A stretch of 64,000 nt of DNA from Zygnema circumcarinatum SAG 698-1b (lineage: Eukaryota; Plantae; Zygnematophyceae), in the NCBI GenBank assembly GCA_037447605.1, contig CM074809.1, positions 1,292,689 to 1,356,688 on the forward strand, in the 5' to 3' direction. Position numbers and translations under genes: made by a program. Positions 30,628-43,553 of the stretch are shown here, piece after piece. Numbering within the stretch: the first letter of the stretch is position 1; each line of letters starts with the position of its first letter. The notes under the pieces are model-generated. The model was not told the origin of the DNA. It saw nothing but the letters and a program-made list of their open reading frames with translations, and did not search any database.

Positions 30628-33600
30628 CTAGCCTCCCCTCCCCCTCCCTCTCCCCCTCCCGCTGCCACCCCTTCCTCGAGACCCCCCTCCTTCCCGAGAC
30701 CCTCCTCCCCGGGACCCCCCTCCTCCCCGAGACCCCCCTCCTCCCCGAGACCCCCCTCCTCCCCGGGACCCCCCCCTCCCTCGGAACCCCCCCCTTCCCC
30801 TCCCTCTCCCTCTCCCTCCAGGAAGCCCTAATGACTTCACACCTCGACGCTGAGGACGATCAGCGTCACCATTATCCGTATCTTTCCTCCCGAAGTTTCC
30901 CCTTCCGCCGAAAGGCTTGGCTACAAACTTAACCTCTCGACTCCCTCCAACGCGTTTTACCTCCGTTTGAGTCTCAATGGCTGCAGCCAGTCGCTCTTCC
31001 AAAGGCAGACTCTGCACCAGTTTTAAGGATGTGTTGCTTCGGAAAGCAGCCGCGTGTTCCTCATCCTTCGCAGCATAAAGCCTGCAATAGGATCAAACCA
31101 ATCTCTCAGAACACTACTTTATGCACTAAGGAAGCGACATGATCCCTACCTCCATGATTCGCACTCATCAACAATAGATCCACAACACACAGAGTCCCAC
31201 ATGCATGCAAGTATTGACGCAGGCTGATGTCCCACCTTGGCCCTTTCTCGCTGTGTTGGCTACGGCCCTTCTGCTTGTCCTTTCCATCATGCTCTTCTTG
31301 TTCTTCATCCCTTTCATCGTCATCTTCAGCTTCATCCTCATCGTCATCAATCAGCTCAAAATGTTCGTCCAAAGCTGGAGCCGGCTGCTTTTCCATCTTG
31401 CGAGTGGCCCCATGGAGTGCCTTGTACTCATCTGACTGATCATCAACTGTAAATTCCTGAAATATAAAAAAAAAAAAAAAAAAACAAGGTAAAAAGGAGT
31501 CGTTGATTATCATCATCAGCAGAATACATGACTCTGCATGCGTCCTGCTTGAAGCACCCACGACCCATTGCAATAGAAACTTTCCAAAACGCAAACTTAA
31601 GGAATCCATAAACCAAACAAGGAGCTTAGCAAAGAAGAGGGTCAATCATCCGTACCTGATCAGTGAAAAGAGCTGCAAACCGGTCATCTGTTAAGGCGCT
31701 GACAGTTCCACCCTTCTTCTTCCGCTTCCTTGCTCCCGTCTCATCTTCTTCATCCTCAGCATCAGGAGGTAGTGGGTCATTCAGCAGGCGAGCAGCCAAC
31801 TGAGCATTCACCTTGGGAAGTTTACGCTTAACCTGCAAGATTAGGAGTGCCCACAGTGAGAGGAAAATACTAGAAGTTCAAGTGAGCAATAGCTTAGAAC
31901 AGCCAATGTTAAAAATTTCAAGCACATATTGCCACCATATGTAGAAGCTGATGGTAATACATGACAAGGCTCTTCAACATGTCCAAAACAGCATCCAGTT
32001 TAAGCTTCACTTATCGGGCGACTGCAGGGAAGAAAAATCATGATTGAAGACGTTCTGAAAGTCTATTATTGAGAACTGGGCCTTCATTGAAAGGAGCAAT
32101 CATGAAAACAAGTTCACTCCCATACCGAGCCTTATGCGCTCTGTGAACAGGGTCAAATTGAGCCCAAGAAGATCTGCCTGCTCTAGCTTAGTGTATAAGA
32201 AGGATACTGCATTATGTGAAGAGTTTGTCGGGTGAGGATGATTTGCAGTACTAACCGTGATGCGAGCTGCTCTCTCAGCCTCCATCTTCTGTTCAATACG
32301 CTTCTGCCGATATGCTTCATACGCAAACGGATCAACCATAGCCTTAGCCTGTTGCAACCACAGTTCCAAGCCCAAGTCAATGAATCAACACTACGTGCCA
32401 TGCTATGGGCGGGGGCATTGGCTCCATAAAGAAAAGTGTAACCCCCCATATCCTGCAATCCACGTTCCATCTTGCGACATTACAGAGACACGGCGAGGAA
32501 AAAGCCAAGGACTCTGTGGAAAAGGATTAGCACATATTGGGAGTGTGTGACAGGTGAGGATAATTTGCCTTGTTATAGAGACGAGCATCGATGAAGAAAC
32601 CATGCATGTAAGCACGCAGCAGGTTGGAGCCCAGCAAGCTGCTCAGGTTCAATCGGTCCAAATCCTCTCTCGTGACAAACTTGAAGTCATCATATACCGC
32701 CGACTCCCCTGCTTCCTCCATCTCCTCCTGCCCACCTCCCTCTTCTCCAAACGACATCATGAGACAGAAAAATCCTCCAATGGCGATCACCAACCGAGAA
32801 GACAAAGGCGGCCGAATAACATTTGAAATCTCCAATGAAAGTACGGAGTAGTTCTGTGCTCGACGGTGTCCTCCAAAGTGGGTTCAGAAAGTTTGTTCAT
32901 TCCTTTCCATAAAACATCAATTTCCGAATAACCTTTCTGGTGTTGCTCTAGACAGAATGCAAGTGCATGTATCCGTACCGTGAGATTATCGAGAAAGGAA
33001 CACCAACGCGGGGCGGGTCCTAACGCAGGGATGAAATAGTTTTGCATTCGAGGAACATCCAAAGCCATAAGGAGTAGACCGCTATCCTTTACTGCACATA
33101 CATCGTTGATTTCGCCCTCTGATGGCTCCACACTCGTAAGATTGGCCCCCTAAAAAACAGCACAAACAAGCAGGTGTTCAGGTGAACCATCATCTGCTTA
33201 CTTAAGAGCTGCCTAACTCTCTCTTTGTAGACTTATATGCTCTCGCTTCAAACCTACCACTCACACAGCTGTCAAACACAGCACAGCAGGCTTAACAAAT
33301 TTAGTAAAGAACATTGCTTCTGTGAGGATGAGTTTCCATCCTTTTCTTTCCACTTTCACCAGCCTCCTGCCCTTCCGCTGTCGATGTACATCCGTACCAT
33401 CACCCCATCACCCAATCTCCCCCTACCACCTTCCTAATCTCTAGTGCTAGTTATCACTTATCACATGCTTAAACTCACCGTGGCGGGGTCCCAAATTTTA
33501 ACAATTTTGGTGTCAGTAGTTATGAGCTGACGCTTTGCCTGGGTAACGGTTGAATGCCACTTGATATCCAAAATACGGCTGCCATACCTGCAGGTCCAAA

Positions 33601-36600
33601 GTGGGGTTCAAGCAGCAATACAAGGTCTAAGGAGGGAGAAATTGTACCATTTGTATAACGGACTGATGCGAAGTCCCCAGCGATTCTACTGATCCCCATC
33701 TCTCCAGCAGTAAGCAAATGCCTAACATTGGCTATCATGATATATCCATCAATTAATAGAAAAAAAAAGAACGAAAAGTACTACCATTCGTAAAGGACCA
33801 GTTCTTATACTGGACCCAATGAATTTTGCAACCATCATTGTCTCAGAGAGTAAGGGTTCAGAGGCAGGGAGGGGCTCACATATGATCCTTTGTCCGCAGG
33901 GGGACCGGTGTACGCAAGTCGTAGATTAGCACCTGCAAACATGTGGCGAGTGCAGTAAACAGAATTGAGGGATGGAAATACGCATCGACTTAAGGCTAAC
34001 AATACAAAAAAAACAGACACATGCATGAGTGTTTGTTCTCAAGACCTAACAAAGGAAAAGGAAAACGAAAGGGACAGGAAAAAAGACGAAACCCACAACT
34101 AAATATGTAAAATGAAGGGAGATTACCTGTCCTCCGCTTGTCCCAACAGCCAACTGCATGGAGTCCGTATCCTCGAACCGTAAAGCTGTCACTTCCTGCA
34201 TATCCAGCACCTTGTTCAGGACCTCCCCACAAAAATGAACATACGCTATCGCTAGTAACTCCAACCACCCACAAGCTGCCTCTGAAACTTCTTCGTTCGT
34301 ATCTTCTACAAACAAAGGGCAACGTAAGACGAAGTTTGCCTTTCTGAGAGCGGAACTAACCCCACCAATGGCAACCCAGAACACAACGGACCTGCCAGCC
34401 AGCCTTCCAGATGGCATGCAGCAATTGGCTGCATCCTGACCCACTCCCTGCAGCCTGCAGTCTCCTCTCCCTGCAGTCTCTCTCTCTCTCTCTCTCCCTC
34501 TCTCTCTCGCCCTGCAGCCCTCACCTGATCCCCCGCGTTTGCAGGGCCCACTGCGTCAATGCGCGAGGCCGGTCGCTGCTGCCGGGGGTCGAAACACTCC
34601 ACCGCGCCGTCCTCCCCTCCGCATGCCAAAAGGCCGAACACTGGGCTTTTCCCCCCCCTCGTATAGCCCAAGCCCCCCTCTCAGAAGCAGCAAGCAAGGG
34701 AGCCCAACTAACTAGTATCGTTTGAGCTAAGGGGGAGACACTAGAGGTCCTCTAGCTTAGACTTGAAAGCAGTCATTGTCGAACGGGAAAGGGGGGGGGG
34801 GGGGGGGGNNNNNNNNNNGGGGGGGGGGGGGGGGGGGGGGGGGCAGCTCGCAAGCTTTGAAGCAGCACTCTAAAGTAGGTGGGTGGGTTATGAAGGTTCA
34901 TGAACATGTCTATTGTTTCCCTTTCAAGATCGTTGTTCATGCGTACAGTACAAGACAGATTTCAACGCGGAAAACCACAACATTGGCATAGAAGGATATG
35001 AGGAAGTACCTTCTTCCGACAACATTGATGGCTGGAGATCTCGTCGACAAAGGAGTTAGGAATTGGCCCTGACATCCGACCATTCCTGCCAATTGTAAGG
35101 CTACACATATGCCTTCACCTTGAGCTTTCCCAGCACTCTGACTTGATGTCAACAAAAGACTGCTTCTTCGACGAAAGGTTCAGAACAAGAAGCGAAAATG
35201 AATTATTCGTTACATAAAACAAACTTGCTTGAGATTTCTTTTTTTGAGAAAACTTGTCCAGCTCGGGAAATTGTTCAGATAGGCATGCCAAAACTCGTTT
35301 TTTAGGTTTTTTAGAACCAGTGTCTATGGACCTCCCTCGCGATGGCCCTCAAGCATACCTGTTCAAGATTGAGTCGATAAACATCCGGAGATGAGGCCGC
35401 TACAAGAAGGTCACATGACCAGCGATCATAGGCCAAGTCTCGCCCCATTCTGCCATAACCCAGACCTTCCAACCCTATGAAAAAGCAAAAAAAAAAAAAA
35501 GAGCTTCCAGTTTTACTGTCTCTTTACCTAGGCAATGCTTAGTTACAAGGCGGGGGGGGGGGGGCGAACAAGAAAAAACTTTACTCAGGTTTTGAAATGC
35601 CATTGTCTTGAATTTCTGCCTCTCACTTACTTGGCAGACAACAAACTTTCCAATGCACCTAATGGATCAGTCTCAGGCAATTCTGGCTCATCTATTCAAA
35701 CATGTGTTTCATTTTCTATTCGACGATGTATGCCTTGAAACACAGACTCTGCAAATTAGATATTCAAAAATATTGTACAGGAAAACGAGCAAAGGGAGTT
35801 ACCCATTTGGAGAAACTTCAATTGTACCGGCGGCTGAAGAACCGAACCTCTCAAAATGCCTTGACTTACTGATACGTAAACTTAATCTTCCTTCCCACTG
35901 GACAAGCTGCAACTTCAGCAATCACTATGCAGACATAGCCTCTTAATGGTAGCCAGGTATACAATCTCGTCTAAGTCTGAATTATCGTAGGTCATAAAAT
36001 ATGATATTCGACATGATGACAAGCTGCATACCGAGGAATGCGTGTGCTGAAGTATGCTCCAAACTTGGCATGTAAACAGATGGAACGATCCGAGCACAAC
36101 ATGGCTAGTTTCGAATAATCATCAGCCAGCACCTGCATCACACGAAACAAAATCGACTTTTGCGTTGCTGCATGCTCTCATGTTTCGCGGCCTTCAGAGG
36201 TGCCATCGAACACAAGATACAGACTTGCTCGGCTAAAGCGTTGACCACATTCGCATTCTATGGCCAGCACGGCCGAAGACTCTCGACTACTGACAAAATT
36301 CACCTCAAAATGATGACTCCACCTCTCCTCTCCATCCACGGACCCGCTGCCTACGAATTAAAAAGAAAAAGTTCGAAGAGTCATCGACCTGCCAATATGA
36401 CTTAGTGACCGTGTGGCTATGCAGTGATCTGTCAACGGGTGCAACATCCAATCAGACACAAGTTGTGATCTCTTTTACAAGTATGCTAAATGGTCGATAC
36501 AATTCCAAACTCTCTTGAAGAACACATAAAGACTGTTGTTTTGAAAGGCCGCGGGAGAATCTGGCTCGGGCTGTCTTGGCATGACTGATGTTTCTTCTTC

Positions 36601-38225
36601 TCTTGAAGGGCATTTGGGTATCGCTCGTAAGTGGAGACTCTTGAACGGGCAGTGAGCTAGTGTGAACCAGATCCACAAACTCCCATACTTACAGGAAACC
36701 CAAAAACCCACCCCAAAACCCAAAACCAAAAACATCCAAATCAAAAACATCTGAAACTCAGAAGCTGGCAGGTAAAGGAAAGTCCTGAACCTGAAAGTCG
36801 ATAACTTCGGCTTCAAGATGGCGAACGAACTTCATGGAAAGTTGCGAAAGTTCGTAAACGCGCACTTGGGGCGGATAGACACCTGCACGACAACCACTCA
36901 TAGATGTCCTGAGACATTTACCTCTATATGCTCCATGATCGGTGGCAGGGCGTCAAAAATACACAATTGACCTTGTCGCTCTAATTAACACATTTGAGTA
37001 CTCTATAGCAAAGTTATTATTCACGTCAGCTCGCATATCCCGTCAGTATCTGCCTCGCTAACGTCATCCTCAAAGCCTTCTAGTGTTGTGAATCACACGC
37101 ATCCACACAGCTTGATGATGAGCATACATCACTTAGACCTACAATCTCCTCGTCAAGGACAACTTGTACTAGTCTTACCAGTTCTATACAATAATGAGGA
37201 GCCCTGTCTAACCATCCGCCTTGCTCAGTGTTCACTTCAAACGAACCTATGCAGTCCAGTTAACCTTTTGCATTCACAGAATGCCAAGTCAGTAGTTTAG
37301 ATGCCGAAGAACGATGAAGGCTTTCTGTGCATGTAAACTCGAAATATTTCTCTAACCGAGTCTCACACGCGAATGTCACTAGAAGCTTGTTACCGCAAAC
37401 TGAAAGGGCTCGCCTCCATTGTAGTCTTCACCAGAAAATGAATTGACAAGCAAAAGGAATCATTTCCCTTGTTGTTCAGGAAAGCAATGGCGATCAAAAA
37501 CAATAATTTCTGACACGACCACGGGTGGGAAAGAAGTAAAGGCGAAAAGAAAACAAAGCAAAACTGTGAATGAAAAGTGTAGGGTGCTCACCAGACGCTA
37601 CAAGGTACTGCCCATCTGGAGTCGCCTTGACACGTGTCGCTGCTGTGTTGAATTGCATGTCTTGTATGAGTTCGATGCGGCGAAGATAATCTGGCAACCA
37701 GGAATAAATTCCCTGGGTGACCATAGTTAAAAAAGTTACAGGGCCCATAGAGGAAAACGGGAGGAGCAAATAATTGAGAACTTGTACAATTATGTCGACC
37801 TCATCCTGATAAAACCAGGAAGAAGAAGCAGCAGCGACATGCACTGCCTCTGACAGACATTGCCGTCAACCCAAGCATAGAGCTGCATGGCTTCCATTCC
37901 AAACTCTCCCCTTTGGACGCTTGAGATTCCCTCGAGATTTGAATAAAAATGCCAGAGGGTCTCCCACTCCCAGAGCTAACTTGGAGCCAGCAAGCTCACT
38001 AATTAGGCAAGCTAAGAATTTAGGATACGAAATTTCTTAAACTCGAAACAATTGTTGCAAAATTTTCGGTGTGGCTGCAAGCTTTGCCAGCTGCATACCT
38101 TCATCCTTGCGGAGCGAGCGCCTCTTCTTCTCCGAGAGCCAATCCGGCAAGCTCTTGCCGCCTGACACGTTGTACACCTTCACTCCATTGAGAGTGGTGG
38201 ACTTGAGAGTTCCGTACGAAGCCAT
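30628..38225 (-). CDS. NOL10: Nucleolar protein 10 / Enp2 (WD40 + NUC153, 40S biogenesis), multi-exon
   Basis: Segments: NGVKVYNVSGGKSLPDWL; RRIELIQD; GVYPPQVRVYEL; DDYSKLAMLCSDRSI; GRDLAYD..CDLL; GLLACGGEDGAVECFDPR; FIPALGPAPRWCSFLDNLT; VYDDFKFVTR; LLRAYMHGFFID; DDRFAALF; RRGVKSL followed by an RGG tail. Confidence 0.95.
34788..34842. other. Assembly gap (10 N) flanked by poly-G runs inside a NOL10 intron
   Basis: Ns at 34809-34818 between G homopolymers. Confidence 0.95.
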
Positions 38226-38283
38226 GGCGGAAAAACCTTCCGAAAACGTCACTCTATTGTGACTCCTTCCTTTGAAGCCTCTC

Positions 38284-38340
38284 CCTTAACCCTTAATCCT
38301 AACCTTAAACCCTCAACCCTAACCCTAACCCTGAACCCTG
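38284..38340. promoter_or_regulatory. Degenerate telomere-like (CCCTAA/AACCCT) repeat just upstream of the NOL10 start (telo-box-like)
   Basis: ccttaacccttaatcctaaccttaaaccctcaaccctaaccctaaccctgaaccctg, 60-115 bp upstream of the NOL10 ATG. Confidence 0.6.
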
Positions 38341-39514
38341 AACTGCATCCCCAAACCCGGCCCTGCTTCAGCGGGTAAGCTCGCCGGTCTCACAGCAGGA
38401 TCGAGCTGCCCCTGCAAAAAGCAAGCGCTGCCTCAAATTTCGGAGGACCAAATTTGAAAGTTTTTGAGTGCCATGGAACAACGCTCCCCGTAAAACGGGC
38501 AGGCAATCTGAACATACTGCATAGACCTCGAGGGCAGTAGGCCCTATGGACATCCCTAGCTTGTACCGTACCGTACGGTAGCCTCGAGCGCTAGACGCAC
38601 ACCCGTATGTACGTCAGCCACAAAGAGGGTGGATCTCGCTCAAGGATGTCGGTCAGATCCACTCTTGGATCAACTGTCCGTTTCAAATGCATGAATTTGA
38701 TTGAATTCACCAATTCGAACCACTTCCCATGGGCAAATTCGTTTTTTGGCTGTTCCGTACTGTTCGTACTGTCCATACTTTCCATATTTTCCGTTTTGTC
38801 CGTACTATCTGTACTAGCCGTTACGGGCTTACGCAAAACTCACCTAATCTCCCCGCTCGTGCCGCCGTAAGAGGCGCTCGCTCTTCTCCCCGTCTTCTTG
38901 ACTTCGATACGATACGGTGCGGTACGGTACGATATGGGACGGTACGATACGTACGGTACAACATGAACTCTAACATAATACCGCCCGTCTATTCGTAACA
39001 CGAACCTTATATATGCAAAATTAATATTTTCGCCTCATATTGGCCGGAACCAGGGTGGAAAATATGAGGACCCCCCACTGTACTGTATGGCACCATCCGT
39101 ACACTGGCATGACGTCAACATCCCTTGGTCCGACGACGTTCCCGCGCCCTGTCCAGTGTGGCCAGACGCAGTCTCTTATTCCCTGCCCGCGATATCTGCC
39201 CGAATTGAAACGTTTTATCTGCCTGCTCGGTCTGGCATCTGCCGGACCTTTCCAGTTTCCCTCACCTTTTTTTTTCTTTCTCTGCCCGCTGCCCGCGGGC
39301 AGGCCCAGGCCGCGGTCATTCCAGGAAGGCCCCGCGTCTGACCAAACGTTCCGTTGCCTCCTTCCAACCGACCGCCTCTCCTTTTTCTCGCCCTCTCCCT
39401 CCCCCGTTCCCTCTCGTCGTCTCTCTCTCTCTTGGTGCGGGAGGCAGGGATAGAGGAGGAACAGGCGCACGGACTGTGAAAGTAGAAGGGCAGGGAAGGC
39501 AGAAAAGAAGCGCT

Positions 39515-41877
39515 ATGGCGCCGCAGAGCCTGATTTATAGTTTTGTGGCCCGAGGGAAGTCTGTGCTAGCGGAGTATAAATCGTACGAGGGAAATTTTGA
39601 TAACGTGGCTGTGCAGTGTTTGGACAGGCTGCCGGCAGACAACAAGAAGGCGTCGTACAATCGGGATGGATTTGCGTTCAACTTTTTGACCGAGAACCCT
39701 TTCAGTGAGTATTTGCTTCTGTGTCCTCCAGCACTTCTGATGCCCCCTCGCCTGCATCTAGTGCCTTCAATGAATCTTCTAGTCTGCTATTTATATATGG
39801 GCTTTGAGACAATAGTGATGTAGTAGAACGAGAAGGTTCAACTGGATCCAGACTTGCAACTCTATATCAACTATAGAGGATTGAGAAAACCTGGCTGTGT
39901 TATGTTTGGTCAATTACATGTTCGTGACGTGTATTGCACAGACTGACTGATCAGCCGCCTGGCACACTGGGCGCCCTCTTGAGAATCGAGCACGCTGCAT
40001 GACCTTCTCAAGATCCTCATAAACAGCGTAGTTTGCTGTTGATAGTCAACTCTTACGCGCCTACTCTCAACTCTATGTATCCATTGTGCATCGACCACAT
40101 TTCGGAAACGTCATGTATAGCAATGACAACTAGTTCTTCCTTGATTTTGTTCACGTAGTCACTTGAAGGAATTGCTTGCGTGCTTGCTGTTGGTTCTGAA
40201 TAAGCATGCTGGGTGGTTTGAAGCTTGTGGTTGTTCTTTATTTGGTCGAGAAAGTGCTCGTCCCGTCCTGCATCACTGTTTTTTGTTGCTCTTGATGTCG
40301 ACTCTCCTTATCATCGGGTCGATTTTTTTTGAGATTTTCCTTACAGCTGCTGGGTGCTTTTTGCTGAACGACTCTAGGTTTACAAATAGAAATTCTAGTA
40401 CTGTTTTTGGCTGGGTCACCGTAGTTCTCATTTTTAAGTGGTGAGCTTTTGCCTGAGATCCCTGCGTTGCTGTGCTGCAAACCTTGTGCGATTGGCCGAT
40501 TTCTTGACGGGTGTCTTGGCTACATACTGAACAGCCAGTCCGTTGCCTCTGCAGCTTTTTGTGTTGTGACAGAGGACGGTTTTTCCCGGGCAGTGGCATT
40601 CGCATTTCTCACCCGCATTCGGGAAGATTTTCTTTCTCGATATGGTGGTGGAAAGGCCGAGTCCGCTTTTGAGCATTCCCTTGATCGGCATTACGGGTAC
40701 GTGTGTTTCATTTGTGGTTGCGCCAGATCCCGAAGTTTATACCTTTGGAGATGCATTGTGAGAAGTTAGGTACAGTAAATTCTGCTTTAGGTTTGGCTTT
40801 TATTTCTCTTTAAGGCTATTACCCTTAGCTCTTGAACTGACAGTAAAGTCCAGTTATCATTCATTTGTATTCTGCTGCGGAAAGCCATCTTGAACTGTGA
40901 AGTTTCGACTGGGTGCTCAAAATTTAAGTGTCTCAGTTGCACACAGGTTACAACCTCAATATTATGTTGTGGAAAGTGTTATACATTAAGGCGCTTAGTC
41001 AGCTCCTTTGACTTATATCAGTCCTTTGAATTTGGAAGGGATGGATGAGCACTTCCTTAGTTCTGAACGGGCAAACGTTATTAATGTGACTACATATTTG
41101 TCAATTTGGCAGGCCTAAGTTGAAGGAGGAGATGGAATATTGTGAAAAGAACCCAGGGGAAGTGGAAAAAACCGCTCGTGTGGGAGAGCAGTTGAAGGAG
41201 GTGAAGAGTGTGATGCTGAACAACATTGACGCGGTGAGTTTTGTCGTGAGATTGAATTCGAAGTCTCTGTTATCACGACCCTCTTGTCTGATTGTTTCTC
41301 CTCTGTGGTTTTTTAGGTGTCCATGTAGTCGTTTCACTGGTATGTTTTTGACCCGTTTCTGTACACTGTAACTGAGTGCGTCACGCAGGTGATGACTAGA
41401 GGCATTCGGCTCGAGACTTTGGCTGACAAGACTGAAGACCTTCGCAATGATGTAAGTACTTTACAATTTTCAGTGAACATAAAAAAGCAATGGATTGAGG
41501 AGTTTCAGATAATGAGTTGATGTGCAGAGCAGCCATGGTCAAGGATTCTTGTCCGCAATAACACTGCTGTGGAGAACATAACGCTGCCATCAACGTTGGG
41601 AGTTACAATGCTACCGTGAGAATTAATGCATGGATGGTTCTTCGTTGATGCGTGCCAGGCCCAGCGCTTCCAAGATACAGGCAGGAGAATCAAGCGCAAG
41701 ATGTGGTATGACAATTTGAAGGCCAAGATGGTCGTGATCGCCCTAATAGTGATTCTTGCTCTTGTGATCTGGTTATCCGTGTGCCGAGGCTTCACCTGTA
41801 GCAGCGGCAGCAGCCCGTCGACCACTACGGCATCGCCTCCCCCTCCCACCCTTTCTCCCCCTCCCCCCGCCAAGTGA
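39515..41877 (+). CDS. VAMP72: VAMP72-family longin R-SNARE (paralog A) with Ser-Pro-rich lumenal tail, 5 exons
   Basis: [29 protein letters not shown] (longin); [19 protein letters not shown]; [17 protein letters not shown]|..[16 protein letters not shown] (SNARE motif, R at the 0-layer); [11 protein letters not shown], a TM segment, then CRGFTC. Confidence 0.93.
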
Positions 41878-43553
41878 TCACACTACCAGTAATTCTGTTT
41901 TCAAGTCTAAATGATTGATGTCTGTGGTAATTTACATCTACTCTTCTGAGGGATTTGGTGTGGATCCTCCAATAAACTACCACTTGGTGCGGAAGAAAGG
42001 CGCTGAGAGACAATCGTCTTCAGTTCCGTTTTGAGCCTGCAGCCATAGTAACTTAAGGAAGTGGTGTTGGCGGTCAAGCGGTCGACTAGTGCAGGAAGTT
42101 GTGAAAGGGTGAGGGTGGGGTACTGCACCATTTTCCTTTTTCCTTTGTAACATTTTCAGTTGTAGTTACACTACTACTAGAGAGGGGGAGAGAACCATTA
42201 CTTTAGAGCAGCCGTGTATGGGATGAGGAAGAAGTCGGGAGGAGATGCAGCAGCTTGTATTGGGAATGTGGCGTTTCGGATGCATGTGGAGGTCCTCCTC
42301 CTCTTCGCTTCATGGCAGCTCCAATTACCATCTGGAAATAAATTTGATTTTGCCTTCACGTTGGAGTCAACCGTCTACCCAACCGGGCTTTCTTGTAGGT
42401 GTGCGGCCTCCCTTGGATTTCTTCACAACCATCACAGTCAGAGCCCAAAGGAAAGCGGGCTTTAAAAAAATAATAACTACTATAGTAGTGGGTTTTGAAA
42501 TGTGTTATCGAAGTACGAGGAAGCAAAGCAAACCTTGGCATTTGTCAGAAACCACGAAGAACCATGACTCAATGACTTCCAGCCCTTGATTCACAAGTTG
42601 GGTTCACAGTTCTGACTCACAACTGAGGACTCTTCCAAAAGCTTCAGCAACGACCCCAAAAGTTGCTATCAAGAGGAGCGATGGAAGTGGCCTGCATTTG
42701 AGGGTGGCAATGTCCAATCATGGCTCGCCACGTTGGACATAACACTTACGTGGCAGCCCTAGATTGGTCGATTCCATCCTCCCACGTCAATGGAGGCAAG
42801 TCAAAGGCGTTGAGCGAGCAGCCCTTTCCATGGAGCGCGTATCGAGAAGGAATCCCGATATATCCCAAAAACATTCCTGTGCCGTATATCGATAGGTATT
42901 GTATAGATATCGTCACTGGCGATATACCACACGATATCTCCTGCAAGCAGGGCAGCGACAGCCATGGCTTCCCTTTGCTCGCCATCCAACTTCCATCGCT
43001 TCCCCGTCGACGCTATGCCCACGGTCAGTGTTTGCAGCTATGGACAGGGATTAGGTCGCAAGGTATTGGCTGAATAATTTTCAGTGGACTCTCTTTGCAT
43101 AAGTGAGGTGTGTAGGGCACACAAGGCGTTCCTGCAGATGCAGACGTTCGTGCAGATAATTGGAAGCGCTTTTGAATGAATGCCTTGTTGTAGAGATGGT
43201 TAGAAGACACTGCAGCATTTTCAAAGCGAGTATATGTATGGCCTATTTTGCACTACACTCCCTAATTCAACGTATTTTACGTTGAATGCTAAAAAGGATG
43301 AATGCTTGCTTCTGCCAGCGCTATTAGAGGGCGGAAACCATACTCCATAGTTTTGGGCATGTAAAATGTGCTACCACATATCGTGCATTCCTAAATACTG
43401 CATGCATTTACTCGTCTCTTCGTTCAATTTGACAAAAAAATATTAAAGAGCGCAAATAATACATGTGAAGTTCAGACTTTGTGTCGACAGGAAAGCAGAG
43501 ATGGAAATGCCTGACCTTCCAGTTCGACCTCTTTGAGAGTGTGTAAGGAGGTT

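Noticed and set aside
30628-30830. RGG/GAR tail with 18-bp repeats on NOL10
   Set aside because: As I recall, plant NOL10 orthologs also end in an RGG-rich tail, so this is not unusual.
36012-36050. ATGATGA...CTGA as a C/D snoRNA
   Set aside because: Only ~40 nt long, antisense to the host gene and overlapping a NOL10 exon end.
42720-43073. 117-aa ORF and GATAT-rich patch between VAMP72-A and MOC1
   Set aside because: No recognisable domain, no splice support and no TIR/TSD pair. Too weak to call.
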